DNA of 64,000 nt, from positions 1,488,001 to 1,552,000 of the forward strand of contig OZ374561.1 of NCBI GenBank assembly GCA_977862235.1. The letters are read 5' to 3'. How positions within the stretch are numbered: position 1 is the stretch's first letter; every line of letters starts with the position of its first letter. A model generated the notes under the pieces. The model worked only from the letters and a program-made list of their open reading frames with translations. It did no database searches and was not told the origin of the DNA. The translations under genes and the position numbers were made by a program. This document shows positions 12,225 to 25,654 of the stretch, piece after piece. This stretch comes from Dudresnaya verticillata (Eukaryota).

Positions 12225-14530
12225 CGGTGCGATGTGGCCACGGGCATAACACTGATGACAGATCAACTGTCTACGAGCGTCTTGACGGGGCGGACCCCTG
12301 TCTTGCCAACCTGGCCTCGCCCGATGGACGTGGGGGGCATACTCCGAGTACGGGACGCGTGGAGCGGGCACAACGGAACGCCCAAAGGCGAGTGTAGGAT
12401 CCATCGCCTCTGTGCCCTCGTCTTCGACGTAGCTGTCCGTTGGTAACGCTGACGTTGGCACTGATGCTTGTTCATCGGCCAAGTAGAGATCGCCATCGGC
12501 GTGTGTTTCCATATCGTCCGCATGACGGGTGACATCACGGAACTCAACGGAGGACTCCGCTATCATAGCGCGTGCAGCAGGCTTCGTGCCCTTCGTCTGT
12601 TGACGTGGAATTGTTCGGTTGTCGCCAATGGCGGGGCGCGATGCGCGAGCGGCTTGGGCCGGGGCCAATATATCCCGTCTTACTGACGTCGCGCCGGCCC
12701 TGCCGTGTCTTGCGCATTGCGCGTCGCCTTCGTCCTGGGCGAAGTGGACTAAACGTTCAAAAGATAACTCCGCCCTCGGCGTTTCCTCGCGGAAGCGGGC
12801 CACTAAGGACCTGATCGTCGGGTCTAACCCATCGATGAACAATGTCATTTTTCCCATTCGGGATGAACGTTACCGCAACGAATGCATGCGCCGGCGAGTC
12901 TCATGCCGTAAGTCGTCTCGTCTTCGCCCTGCTTCTGACTAGTCGAACGCAGGGCGAGGACGGCGTCCCGAATCGACGAAGGCGTGGCGTACGTGCGGAG
13001 GAGGTAGTGTACCGCCTCCGGGTACGATCATACACCGCCGCGGTGGCGAGAGGACGTCGATTTGACGGAGCGGAATTGCGTAGCTGCCGTGCCTCTTAAG
13101 AAGTATGGCAGCGCGACGAACGCTTGTGCTTCGCTCATCTCTAGCTTGTCCGCTTCATCCGCGAACCGCGTTAAAAATTCGAGAATCATGACGGGGTCGC
13201 TGCCGTTGAAGGCGACGTCTTTCATCGTTAACTCGAGTCGCTTGATATGGTCCTTGACCTTCCCGGTCTCGTGTCCAGAGCGCTTCTGTCCCACGTCTTG
13301 AAGACGGTATGTGCGGTACGAAAGCAACTGGTCGAAGAGAGGATTGGAGGGGCTTAGCTCCTTCAGTCCCTTGTATCGCTTTCCGCGGGGTCGCATTGCA
13401 CTACCGTGGGCCACGTTGTCGTCATCATCTGACGACGAAGAGTCCGTTGACCCACCGTCGCTAGACGTGTCTGAAGATGATGAGGATGAGTCCCCTCGTC
13501 GGCGACGGTTCTTCTTCCGTCCATGACGCGACTTGCGGCGTTTCTTGCCCCGTCTCTTGCGATCTTTGCGTCGTCGGCGGTCTTCTTCGGAACTATCGTC
13601 ATCGAACGGCGACCCTTGACGCCATTTGGCGGTTTCCAGTCGCTCTAAGCGGGTTGCCAATCGTTGGAAACGTTCGCGTGAATTCAGTTCCGACTGAGAG
13701 TGGACCGTCAATGGTGCTTGCTGCGGGGCATCTGCCCCGTGGTTGGGGTTCGTCATCAGACGGTCGAGGTCGTAACGGAGTCCTTGAAGGGCGCCGTCCC
13801 GATCTTTTTCCAACGTCTGCAGACGGCTAAAAATACCCCCGACATTGTCGTCGAGCATTTCCACGAATCGAGCGAGTAAGTTACCGTCTTCGGCGATGCA
13901 TACTTCCCGAATCCGCTCGCGAGGTATCGTGAGATTACCAACGCGGGCGGATGCTGCGGACGCCATTGGCGGTGTGTGCGTGGGGGTCGACGCCTGCGGC
14001 GGACCTCCCGTGCTGCGCGGTTGCGCTAACGGCCTAGCCGGTGAACATCCGGCACTGCAGTGGGGGGAGGGGCAGCAGCCCCTTGGGATTGGTGATTCGT
14101 CTACGACGTTGCGCCCCGCAGGGCGTCCCTGGTCGTCGTTGACGGGTAAGGTTGGTTGTTGAACCGGAACTTCCGGTTGTTCCTCGACGATGTCGGCTTG
14201 GGCTCCGTCCTCGACGGGTCGCTGTTAGGCTTGTACCGTGTCAGCGGAATCCACGTGCGAGTGGTAAGTTCGGAGGGCCGATTCGTTCGGAAGGGTGGTG
14301 CGAATAACGACGGGTACCGGCGGGGGAGGTACATCTCCCCTGTTGAGCGATATGTGGGATTGGTCGTGGCCCGGACCAGTCGGGAAGGCCGACGCGATCT
14401 CTGGGCTCACGAGGCGCCCAGACCTCGTTGTCATCCGCTGTAGCGACCGTTCCGACGCGGGAACACTTCCCGGCGTCGACGACGGTCTTCTTGAACTGGG
14501 GCCTCGCGACGGCGGCGGTCGTGAGGCCAT
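12225..14530 (-). pseudogene. gag: gag of element B, degenerate and truncated at the zinc knuckle
   Basis: ORFs 14225-14530, 13028-13966, 12030-12857; LLSYRTYRL..FNGSDPVMILEFL resembles gag of A and D; CHQCYARGHIAP is cut by the element A LTR. Confidence 0.85.
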
Positions 14531-14639
14531 AATGCAGTCGTAGAGTTGCTTGAACGTCGTGGACGATTAGCGACGAACGTCTAGAGACGGAAGGTCGGAC
14601 GTCGCACGACGGAGTAACTCGTTGAAACGTAGCACACTT

Positions 14640-14655
14640 CTAGGTCAGGAGACCA
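14640..14655 (-). promoter_or_regulatory. Primer-binding site of element B
   Basis: TGGTCTCCTGACCTAG 2 nt after the LTR end. Confidence 0.8.
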
Positions 14656-14657
14656 GT

Positions 14658-15563
14658 TGTAGTGCAAACGTCGATGACGGGCACCGCCGAGCAGTTCGGG
14701 GCTCGGTGGGTAGCGACGCCTGCGGCGATGAGTGGCCTCGCCGTGGGCGTCTGGTGGTAGAGTGGTTAACTCGCCTTGGGCGGACTGTAAACGCCCTTGG
14801 CGGAAAAGAAGAACAAAAGGAAACAGAAGGGGAACACGTCGAGGATGGGTAGAGACGTGAAAGCACGGAGGTAGACGCTTAGCCGTAGGCAGCGGTAAGG
14901 TACGCGCGTGCTGAACGGGGAATTCTGGACCAAGGCCGGCTTGCTGGGGTTTACTGTGACGTCTCAGACGGATCAACTAAGTACAGGATTACCTAGCGCG
15001 GCGACGCGTAAGCGCCGCGCGGGAACTCGGGACACGTGTTGTCCCGAGGCGCGTCTGACAGATCCGTACGTCATGCAGCCACGCTCCTGACGGATCACGC
15101 GTAGGGTCCCCGTTCGAGTCCTTACACCTACACGTGGACTATTTCCTTACAGCCGCATGCGCCTCAGGGCGCGTGCGATCTTGATTCACGCCAATCCCGA
15201 TCCAGTCCGGATTCGGGCCAGCCATGCGAGTGCGCCAAACTTACAGGCGCGGGCCTTACGCTTCGTAATCCCGATGTCGGATCCCGATGTGGGATCCCGA
15301 TTGGATCCGGATTCGGGCCACGCTTACAGCGAACGTTCTGCCACTGCGCCACGCGCGCACGCGTGGCGCCGTACAGTACCCCGGGTTCAGGCGTGCGGTC
15401 TGCACGCCAAGCGAGCCGTTCTGGCCCGAGTGGCCAGCGGCATGCGTCGGTGACGTGTTTGCGCCGCGGGCGGGTTGAGCGCGCCGTTGGCGGTCGTCCG
15501 TCGGTAGACGCTTCATATCAAACCGTTTGAAAGCGAAAATGGGGAACCCCCCCTGGCACTACA
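14658..15563 (-). repeat. 5' LTR of element B (906 bp)
   Basis: 8-bp terminal inverted repeat TGTAGTGC/GCACTACA; close homolog at 60930-61841 and an inverted relative from 15727. Confidence 0.9.
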
Positions 15564-17493
15564 AAAGGCGGGGGAAGCTGAACATGCGTCTTCGACGGGG
15601 TTCAAACAACGCCGAAGGCGGGCAAGTGCAAACGCGTAGGCGCGGATGACCCAGGAGACCGGCGCAGAAGCAGGAAAGCAGGAAGGCTGAAGCAGGTTGA
15701 CGTGTTCGCGTCTTCGGAGGGGGTCGTTTAGTGCCAGGGGGGTCCCCCTTTTTGCGCTTGCAGCAGGTTGATATGGCCGCGTCTACCGACGGGCGACCGC
15801 CAACGGCACGCTCAACCCGCCCGCGGCTCAAACACGTCACCAACGCATGCCGCTGGCCACCCGGGCCAGAACGGATCATTTGGTGTACAGACCGCGCGCC
15901 CGGCTCCGCAGCACTGTACGGCGCCTCGCGTACGCGCATGGCGCAGTGGCAGGAACGTTCGCTGTAAGCGTGGCCCGGATCCGGATCCAATCGGGATCCC
16001 ACATCGGGATCCGACATCGGGATCCGGAGGTGTAAGGCACACGCCTGTAAGCCTGGTGCATGGCTGGCCCGAATCCGGACTGGAATCGGGATTAGTGTGG
16101 ATCGAGATCGCACGCGCCACGGGACGCGTGCGGCTGTAAGGGAGTACATCCACGTGTACGTGTAAGGACTCGAGCGGGGAGCTACGCGTGAACTATCAGA
16201 CACGCGGCTGCATGACGGACGGATCTGTCAGACGCGCCTCGGGACAACACGTGTCCCGAGTTCCCGCGCGGCGCGATATGGTATAACGAAGTCCACGGTG
16301 ACGCGGGGAAGTCTCGCACTGTAAGGAATGGCCTCAGAGCCTAACGAATGGCCTCGTAGCCTAACGAAGAAAGGAAAAGGGTTGGTAGCGTGGTAGAGCG
16401 GAGCGACCAACACGAAGGACCACGGTGTCAACGTATTCGTGTGCGGAAGGGAGAACTCGAGCGATCGATCACCGGGGATGACTCCGGGTGCGCGGGGCTA
16501 TCGAAAGCGAGGCTCGACCGTATCCGCGATCACGAAGACGAAGACACCGAACTCGAAGAAACAGGCGTTTACCGAAGACTCCGAGGTCCGGGCGCTAGTC
16601 GCTTACCGGAAACCCTCGGAGGTTGTGCCGGACGACTGGCTAAGTAGTACTACGTGAGCACGAATACACGTCAACGCGGGAGACGGTTCGTACTCGAATG
16701 ATTCGTAACGGGCTCGGTGCCAACGAACGGTCGTCTCACGTATGGTGGCGGTTACGAAGCGCGCCAGTGATGCATACGGAGGTGCACGCGCGTCGTGGGC
16801 CTCGGTGCCGTTGCGCGCAGGAAACAACGGGAAGATCACGGAGGTGTCAGCGATTTCGTATCGGGTGCGCACTGTAATGCGAATGCCATCGTGGCGCGCG
16901 CGATCACGAAGTCAGCTCGGAATTCGTCCGGAGGTGTCAGCGATTTCGTATCGCGTGCGTGCTGTAATGCGAATGCCATCGTGGCGCGCGCACAGTACGC
17001 GCACTGTAATACGTTTGCCATCGTGGCGTGCGCGTTCACGGAGTCACTTCGAAATTCGTATTTCTCGATTATTTTTCACGTAGACCACGGAGTCGTTTTG
17101 CGCATAGCGTTTATACCACACGCGTGCGCACGCGTCGCCGCCGCTAGGTAGTTCTATACTTAGTTGGTCCGTCCCAGACGTTGAGGTAAACTCCCGGCAA
17201 GCCGGCCCTGCTCCAGACTTCCCTTCTCGCGCTACGCGTACCTACCCGCTAGCCTTGAGGCCCAAGCGTCTGACCTACCGCGCTTCCGTGTCCGCACCGC
17301 GTCCACGACGTGTTTCTCTCTGCCCTCCTTTTCCCCTTTTGTTCTCTTGTTTTCCTCTTACCGCCCAGGGCATTTACAGTCCGCCCTGGGCGAGTTCCCT
17401 TAGCTCTACCACACCTACCCGCTTCCAGCGGCTACCCACCAGACTACGAACGGTCCGGAGGTGCAGTCCGTCATCAGACGCGTTTGCACCACA
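15564..17493 (+). mobile_element. 3' end of gypsy element C (B-related family): internal remnant, PPT and 3' LTR split by a solo LTR
   Basis: PPT GGAGGGGGTCG 15716-15726, LTR start T(T)TAGTGCCAGG at 15727, homology to LTR B over 15727-16276 resuming at 17121-17493 and ending GTTTGCACCACA. Confidence 0.8.
16277..17120 (-). repeat. Solo LTR (844 bp) inserted in the LTR of element C, with an internal ~90-bp tandem duplication
   Basis: Termini TATGGTATAA...TTATACCACA; flanks CGCGA/CGCGT (near-perfect 5-bp TSD); repeat units start near 16839 and 16929. Confidence 0.75.
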
Positions 17494-18948
17494 GGCTGCG
17501 CGCCACGGCTCACTTTACCACACAAGGAAAAGGACATAAGCAGCGTTTCAAATGGAAAGGACCTCGTCGCGTTCTTTCAGCACCCTCGACCCTGACCTAA
17601 GAGGTCGAGGACCTCCTCTCCATAATCGAGAGGTTGTGCATGCTCGCAGGCTCAAGTTGTATTGTTCCGATATGTAGGGCAAAGAGGTCGAGGAAGGCCT
17701 CCTTCGGGCTGCTGAGCACCTTGCGACGACGTACCAAGATGTTAGCGTTCTCCGCAGCATACGTCACACCCACAACGGCTTTCGGATTGAGGTGGAGTGG
17801 GAAGGGCTCCCCGATCGAATCGATCGCACTTGAGAACCTCTCCAGCAGGTCCACGAGGACTTCCAAGCAATTCTATCCGCCTTCCTAGGCACAGGAAAGC
17901 AGAGGGACATAAAAGAACAGGCTATTGCCCTGCTCAACTCCCATTAAAATGAACATCATGTCTATGCACTTAACGAGACAAGTGTTCATGGGGCGCTGTA
18001 ACGCTCAACTCCTTAGCACAATCCTACCCGGCGCAGTGCATACACCAAGGTCACGTCCGTTACAGGTGTCCCTACGGGGCGCCAGGCAGCGATTTGTGTT
18101 CGGTGCACCTCCACCCTAGGTTACACACACACAATAAGCGTGCGCTTTCGGACGCAGCTTGTACTTTAGTCTTTACTTTTTCGAGGAGTCCTGCTTGCCG
18201 CGAAATCGGTGCCCCCAAGTGCGGGCGCCCTCTTAACAACCTTCGCAGATATTATGGAAACACTATCTGCCCTAGAGTGTCACGGGGGTCACACCCCTCA
18301 CGACAGCACTTGGGCCGGCGGCCGGCCGGCCATCCACTTTTTAGTAGGTTAGGAAAAAAAGGCAACGCTCTCACGGACGGTCACCGTGGCAGAGTGTGTA
18401 GCCCCGATTCGCGCCTTCGCCTCAAGCCCGTGTTTGTGTAGACCAGCACCACGACCCGCAGGTCGCCACACGTGGAAACGTCGCGCTCTTTGGGCGTGTG
18501 TCATTACTGCCAGGCTGTTGGTTGCTTTACCAAGAGTAGTTTGCGTGCCAAGTTGTCTATTCTGTTTAAACATTTACGTCAAGCAATGAGGGAGGGGAGG
18601 AGAGGAAAACAGCGGTAAGAAGTTTTACGGATTGAGTGAGTGCAGTCGCATGAGTCCGATTTCTATTTCGTCCTTGTCTATTGACATCGAATCTCAGCTC
18701 GGTGCCCTGTCTATATGTACAAGGCTGGTTGTTGGACATCTGAGATTGGGGGCAGGGGTAGGCTATATACAAAGAACCCAGTTGGAGTCAGAAGATGGCT
18801 TGAACATGTTTACAAAATACTCGTATTACTGTTTCCGCGTTAACCATTTATTTTTGACGGCTGTACGCCCTTCCGGAAATATCTCCGCATCGACAAACTG
18901 CAAAACGGAACATAAACACGAATCTTGTGCTTGCTGCTGCCCGCATGT

Positions 18949-21900
18949 TGTCAGAATGAGTCGGATGCAGCAGTATCCTTATCAGCACGATGACTCAGAT
19001 GCAAATGCATTATGAAGTTGACTTCATATCTATATATCGAATACAAAGTATTTGATATGTAACACTACAAACAAAAATATTGTTGTATCCTTGTACTATC
19101 CACAGCTCCTGACTTTTAAAATGCATTTCATGTTTATGTAGTGTATTGTAGCTTAGAAAAACTATTCAGATGCATATAAAAGGGTCAGAGACTAGCAAGT
19201 CCATAAGATCCAAGGCAGAACAAATAAAAACGACACCGTTTACAGAAAGGTTATGGGCCCAGACGCAAGCCTCTAGCATATTTGGTTTACGAAACTGAAA
19301 TACTGAAGAAATGTCGGAACATGCGGAGAAGGTTCGAATCAAGCCACTTGATGAGAAAGACGACTATCGTCTTTGGAGAATTCGTATCTCGGCGGCATGC
19401 GACAGTAAGGGGATCGAAGAAGTTCTCTCTCACGAAAAATGGACAAGCGAGTGTACCACTACTCAAGATAAGTTCAACGCCGATCAGAAGAAAGCCAGTA
19501 ATATTATTGTGGCTTCGCTCTCCGATAAGGCCCTTCGTGTTGTTCGTGCTGAAATTGGTAAGCCTTTTAGGATGATACAGAAACTGGATGAAAGGTACGA
19601 TTCTAAATCCGCAGCTTCAAGAATCTCTAAAATGCCTGCGTTGATCGGCATGCGATATGAAAGTATCACGAAAATTATGGCCTCTCACATAGATCAGATG
19701 GCAGCAGTTCTTGAGCAACTACAAAGCATGCGAAACCCGATTCCTGATGAATTGTCCATTGCACTTCTTGTTTCTTCCATTAAGGCACCGGAGCTAAATG
19801 CGGTTGCAGCTGCAGTCAAAACACTGTCGGATGAATCCATGTCTTGGGAAGAGATTACTCCAAGATTATTGAAAGAACATCAGAGCCTGGCAGGACAGAT
19901 AAAAATCAAGGAGCGTGTATCACAAATGCAGAAAAGCTGTGAACTCTGCAAGAAAAAGGGACATACCAATGATAAGTGTTGGTTAAATCCACATAATCCA
20001 CAGAATAGACTTAATATCAATAAGGACGGTTCTAAAATACCAAACGGAAGTGAGAAAGAATCTCACCAACAGCAAAATTATGATAACGAACAGAAGAAAG
20101 ATAGAAGGAAGAAAAGGGCCGCCGGGGCTCGAGTGAACTTGGCCAAATCCCACAAGGAAAAGCTGATGATGCTGGATTCTGGGACAAGTACTCACATGAC
20201 TAATGACGTACTATCTGTGAACAATACAGCCATCTGCAAAGTTCCAATCTCTCTAGGAGATGAATCGGAGATTACAGCGACCCATAGAGGATCTAGCAAA
20301 GTATTGTGGAAGTCTAACGGCATTGAAACGGAAGTCAACCTTTCAGACACACTTGTCGCACCGGAGCTTGCCATGCCGCTACTATCTATACCAGCATTGA
20401 CAGAAAAGGGTTTTTGCGTTCTTTTCCTGCCGGAAAGAGCAATTATTTTGGGTATAGAAGATAACCTCCGGGAACTCGGATCAGCATTCAAAGCAGCTGA
20501 TGGACTATTTTATATTCCTATGGATGATACATCGTGCAAGAAGTACTTTACAACGAATGAAAAGCGTCTCACTCAGGCCATGCGAGCCATAGTTAGAAGC
20601 CATATCACACTGTCAGATGACATATCAGATACTGAATCAGATGCTGACGATATACCAGAGTTGTGGAGCTCTGAGGACGGTAATGAATCCGAAAGCGACG
20701 ACTTTGATTACAATTCGGATTGTGATTCTGATTCTGAGACAGAAGACGACATCGACGCTGCATCTGAGAATATAAATCTCACAGACATATCGTCCGTCCC
20801 AAGTTTAGAAACTACCTCTCAGCAGACTGCCAACTCAAGTGTGCAGAAATGGCACTACCGACTAGGTCATCTCGGGAACACAAAAGATATTGAATCCCTT
20901 ATCAAGAGTGGAGTTCTACCGCATCTCTCCAAGGAAAATTTACCATGTGAACCATGCCTAAAAGGGAAAATTAAGTGCTTCTTTAAAGGTAAGATTACAA
21001 GAGCGGAGAAGCCTGGATTTATTCATGTCGACTTAGTCGGAAAGGTTGAGCCTAAGAGGGATATCAATATTTTATGACAGTCATTGATGAAATGTCACGA
21101 TATGTAGAAGTTTATCTAATGGAACGCAAGTCAGAGGCATCTGAATTACTGATCAACTTCATGAAAAGATTCGAGAGACAAACAGGAGAACTGTTGAAGT
21201 CTTTGCACACAGATGGCGGGTCAGAATTTCTGAAAGCTGCGAAAATGTTTCAAGATGAAGGTATTACTGTATCTACTTCTACTCCTTATACCCCACAATC
21301 CAATCGCTTAGTAGAAAGAACACAAGGCATTCTGCTATCAGCAGCTCGTACATGCTTGATTCAGTCTAAATTGCCACTTGAGTACTGGTCTCATGCAATC
21401 CAGCACGTATCACAGGCCAGAAATATCGTGACACATTCAGTAACGAAATCGTCACCTTATGTTAGCTTATTCAAAACTCCTGCACCTTATGCAAAAAATA
21501 TGAGGCCTTTTGGCTGCCGAGCTATTGTTCAACCTACAGTGAAGAAGCAGAAGAAATTTGCGGCACGATTAACAGAGGGAATTAATCTCGGACACATTAA
21601 TGGTGGAAGGTATAAGGTGCTAACCGGTAAGAAAGTAATAATAAGTAAGCATGTACGTTTCAAGGAATTGGAATTCCCCCGGCTGGACCTATTTAAGACT
21701 GCAAATACAGTGGCGAATCAGGCAGACAATAACACAGACCACGCTACATCTTCCGAGAGTTGTGAATTAGATGGTCTCACGGAAGAAGAAAAGTCGACTA
21801 AAGAAGACTCCGACTTAGAAGCTTTCCAGGAACGCACCACAGAATCTGACTTAGAAATAACTCCACAGGTCACAGATAACTACAAACCAACTGTTATCTC

Positions 21901-23897
21901 GCTTGACGACTTATCATATATTCCAGAGCATCCATCAACGTATCGGGTGGAACAAGAAAATAATGCAAGCCACGGGTACAACTTGCGGCCTCGTAGCAAC
22001 AAGGCTATGCCTAAATCTATAACCACCGAAGACGAACCCCAGCTTAAAACTGCTCTAGGGTCAGCTGAAGAAGACTTTTGGAAGGAAGCCATAAATGAAG
22101 AATTCAACACAGTCAGCAAGGCTGGAACGTACCAAGAAGAGGATAGGCCTCCAAGAAGGGCTATCGCATCTGGTATTGTACTCAGACTGAAAAGAGATAA
22201 CCATGGCCGACCTGCACGCTTTAAAGCATGACTAGTGGCACGTGGAAATATGTAAGCAGTTGAAGAATCTGCATATGAAATTAGATATGCACCGGTAGCA
22301 TCTTTTGACCTGGTGAGAATTCTGCCGGCTCTATCAGTAATGTTTCAATGGGTACGTCATCACGTGGACGTGAAGGATGCCTTTTTGTACTCGTTACTAC
22401 CGAAGGATACGGAAATCTGGCTCAAGCTTCCTAACATAGATGGCGTTAAAGATGCAGATGGAAGAACAGTGAAGCTCCGAAAGTCACTTTATGGACTTAG
22501 AGAGGCATCTAAGCTTTGGTATAAAACATTGCGGTCAACCTTGCTGAAGATAGGATTTGAAAATCTATCATGCGGTGAATGTCTCTTCCGATTGCAGTCA
22601 AAGACTTCACAAGTAATATTGCTGGCATATGTGGATGACCTTGCCCTATTCGGTGGCGAAGGCCTCATCCAAACCGTTAAGAAGAAACTTCAAGGGTACT
22701 TTACAATCACAGATCTGGGTCCGCTAAGTCACTTTCTTGGTGTTTCCATCACTGAAAAAGAATATGGTGATATAAGTATGACGCAGCGTCCATTGATTGA
22801 AAAACTTCTCAATGACACGAACATGACTAATTGTAATTCATCAACAACCCCACTACCGTCAAGTCATTTACTCTACGATCCAAGGACAATTCGAACAGCA
22901 GAAGAGGAATTGCAAATGGAAGCAGCATCCTTTTCTAACGTGCTGGGAACCTTACTCCACCTAAGTACCAGGACAAGGCCTGAAATCGCAGCAGTAGTAT
23001 CTATGTTGGGCACATTCAGCGGTTCACCGAAGCCGGTACGTTTGGAAAGCCCTCAAACAAGTACTCAGATACCTGAAAGGAACTGTAGATTACGGACTAT
23101 CCTACCGTGACAGCGATGTACTCTTCGAAGCATGGAGTGATGCAGATTGGGCTCGGGAACAAGATAGTAGGCGATCAAGGTCAGGCATTGTTTTAACGAT
23201 TGGGGAAAACCCAGTAATGTGGAGCTCTAAGTTGAAACAGTCAGTTGCAGTCTCAACCCCTGAGGCAGAGTTTTATGCTCTCGCAGATTGTCTGAAACTA
23301 GTGAAATGGTGCCGACAGGTCCTCACTGAGCTAGATATTACTGTATAATTGCCCATTACGATTCATCGAGATAACCTAGGCACTATTCGATGGACCAACG
23401 ATGTCCAAGGACTTAGAAATGTTAAGCACATTCGAATTCGCTACTCATTCGTCAAAGAAGCAGTGGACAACAATGAAGTTCAAAGTGATATACACTCCGT
23501 CAGAATCAAACAAGGCAGATTCTATGACCAAGTCGCTCGTAGGATCAAGTTTTAAAATTCACCGAGATAGGCTACAAGTCGAGTCTTCGTCTTCGCGAGG
23601 GGGAATGTCAGAATGAGTCGGATGCAGCAGTATCCTTATCAGCACGATGACTCAGATGCAAATGCATTATGAAGTTGACTTCATATCTATACAAAGTATT
23701 TGATATGTAACACTACAAACAACAACTATTGTTGTATCCTTGTACTATCCACAGCTCCTGACTTTTAAAATGCATTTCATGTTTATGTATTGTATTGTAG
23801 CTTAGAAAAACTATTCAGATGCATATAAAAGGGTCAGAGACTAGCAAGTCCATAAGATCCAAGGCAGAACAAATAAAAACGACCCCGTTTACAGAAA
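18949..23897 (+). mobile_element. Ty1/copia LTR retrotransposon, full length, degenerate
   Basis: LTRs 18949-19248 and 23606-23897, TSD CATGT (18944-18948, 23898-23902), PBS GGTTATGGGCCCAG 19249-19262, PPT GAGGGGGAA before the 3' LTR. Confidence 0.95.
19311..23600 (+). pseudogene. copia gag-protease-integrase-RT-RNase H polyprotein with stops and frameshifts
   Basis: CELCKKKGHTNDKC knuckle, LDSGTSTHM protease, WHYRLGH..CEPC, HTDGGSEF integrase, DVKDAFL, LRKSLYGL, YVDD RT, WSDADW RNase H. Confidence 0.92.
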
Positions 23898-23902
23898 CAT
23901 GT

Positions 23903-24927
23903 ACCACTTGTGCACACCACTTTCAACTTACCTCGCTTCGCGCTCGCCTTTTTACACCAGCACCCACGACCACTGCCACAGAGAAGATAGACGACACCCC
24001 CTATCGTTCGTATCTTTTACCTATTTGCTGTGGGGGACCGCCCGCACCCGAGACAATAGTGGCTGCTCGTGCACTTCACAGCCTGCCTTCACCCGGTTGG
24101 CAACTTTCACCGAACGCCGCGCCGCGGAAAACGCGTGCCGGGACAAGCCGAAAGCGCGATGCCTCACGGACCCCTGCACTGAGGATCGCTCGTGTAGCTT
24201 CTTCTGCGCAATCAGTACGCAGATTGTCCCCTTGCGACTTGACGTCAAGCTCCACTACGCCGGTGACTTTAAGCGCACCGGCGGACGGGCCTTCTATACG
24301 GCTTCCGCCTCGAAGAATCTAGACATGTTTGGCTTTGACGGCTCCCACTTCAGCTTCCAGGGCGAGCAAGGCAGAGCCTACGAACTGTTTGGACATGTGC
24401 CACAGGACAGGCCGGTGGTGAGACCATGGTCGCTCGCATGCTCGCGACGGACAATGGCCATCGTATTCGCCACAGTTTCTTTATTTGTTTCGGTCTCCAG
24501 ACTGCCGATGTGCAACACTGTACAGCAAGTAAAGATCTCAGTGGCCAAGGGGAATCCTGGCACTGGTAGTGCTTGGATAGCGCGCGTTTCCAGCAGGGGG
24601 TAAGACAACTTCCAATCTGGTACCCTCTCTATATCCATCAACAAACAGATGAATGCCGTCAGGATCAATACCTGGATTTCAATCTACGAAATCAGGGCCG
24701 CTTCTAACAAGAATGCCAACACCCAGTACCTCGACAGCAGAGTCTATCTTGCCAGTGAGGTGCGAAAGGAGGCCAACTACGTGGGTGCCCTGGGCTTCAC
24801 TCTCAACAAGGCGGTGGACAAGCCCATACACGATAGTTTCGATGTTGCAAATCGGGATGCGTACGATCCGGAACGCGCAATTCGCTTCGAGGGGGACAGA
24901 ATGAGGACTATCGCGGAGATTCGATAG
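23903..24927 (+). pseudogene. Degenerate root-cap/VWD-like domain gene fragment
   Basis: MFGFDGSHFSFQGEQGRAYELFG and QYLDSRVYL...VGALGFTL resemble the root-cap/VWD-like motifs of algal extracellular proteins; interrupted by stops. Confidence 0.4.
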
Positions 24928-25654
24928 TTGGAAAAGTCTACGAGCTTTACTTGAGCTCCTTCAGGCTGCTTCATTGTAACGTAGCGACACAATATACCAC
25001 GACATATCGATGCATTGCAGTAGGGCGTTGCAAGCATGCTGCCGGACAATACTATTTTTGTTGACTCGACCGAGAGCTCCCAGAGTAAATAGCACACCGC
25101 TGTTTGTACGGTATTGAATGAATGAATGGACAGGCAAGTAATTGCTGGTCCAGATGCTTTCCCACGCCCTGGTGGAAGCACCCACAGGTGTACATGCTGT
25201 TAGTAGCTCGAAGGGACGGGAATCCCAGTGGCGGCACGCATGAATCGGTGCGTGAGTGTGTCAGTGTAGGTGGCGGGCGGCTATGTACCAAACCGCAACG
25301 GAGCTCATGAATTTGCTGGAACGTTCCGACGCTGCCGACGGCATATGCAGAAGCTGACGAGGGACGCTAGTTCGCCCCCAGAGGGAAGCGTCAACACAAA
25401 CGTGACAGTACATGTAGTACTATCTCGATAATCGATTTTTCCTTCTGCTATAGTACTATATCTATGATTGGTGTGTGAGTGAGAAAGCTCTATATACCAT
25501 CTCTAGAACAACGTCTAATGCCGTAAACTGGGGCATAGCCCTTGTCTCAGAAGTGATAAGCCCGAGAAAAGGAATGGAGTAAGCTGGTGGAAACAAAAGT
25601 ATTTCACAGTTTCTCCTAAGCACATTCAAGTCTTTCGGACGAGTGGAAGGCATG

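Larger units (their letters stand above)
12225..15563 (-). mobile_element. 5' part of Ty3/gypsy element B (5' LTR, PBS, gag), interrupted by element A
   Basis: LTR 14658-15563 with TGTAGTGC...GCACTACA termini, PBS 14640-14655, gag fragments. Confidence 0.88.

Noticed and set aside
17494..18943. Short ORFs between element C and the copia element
   Set aside because: No recognisable domain or coherent gene structure
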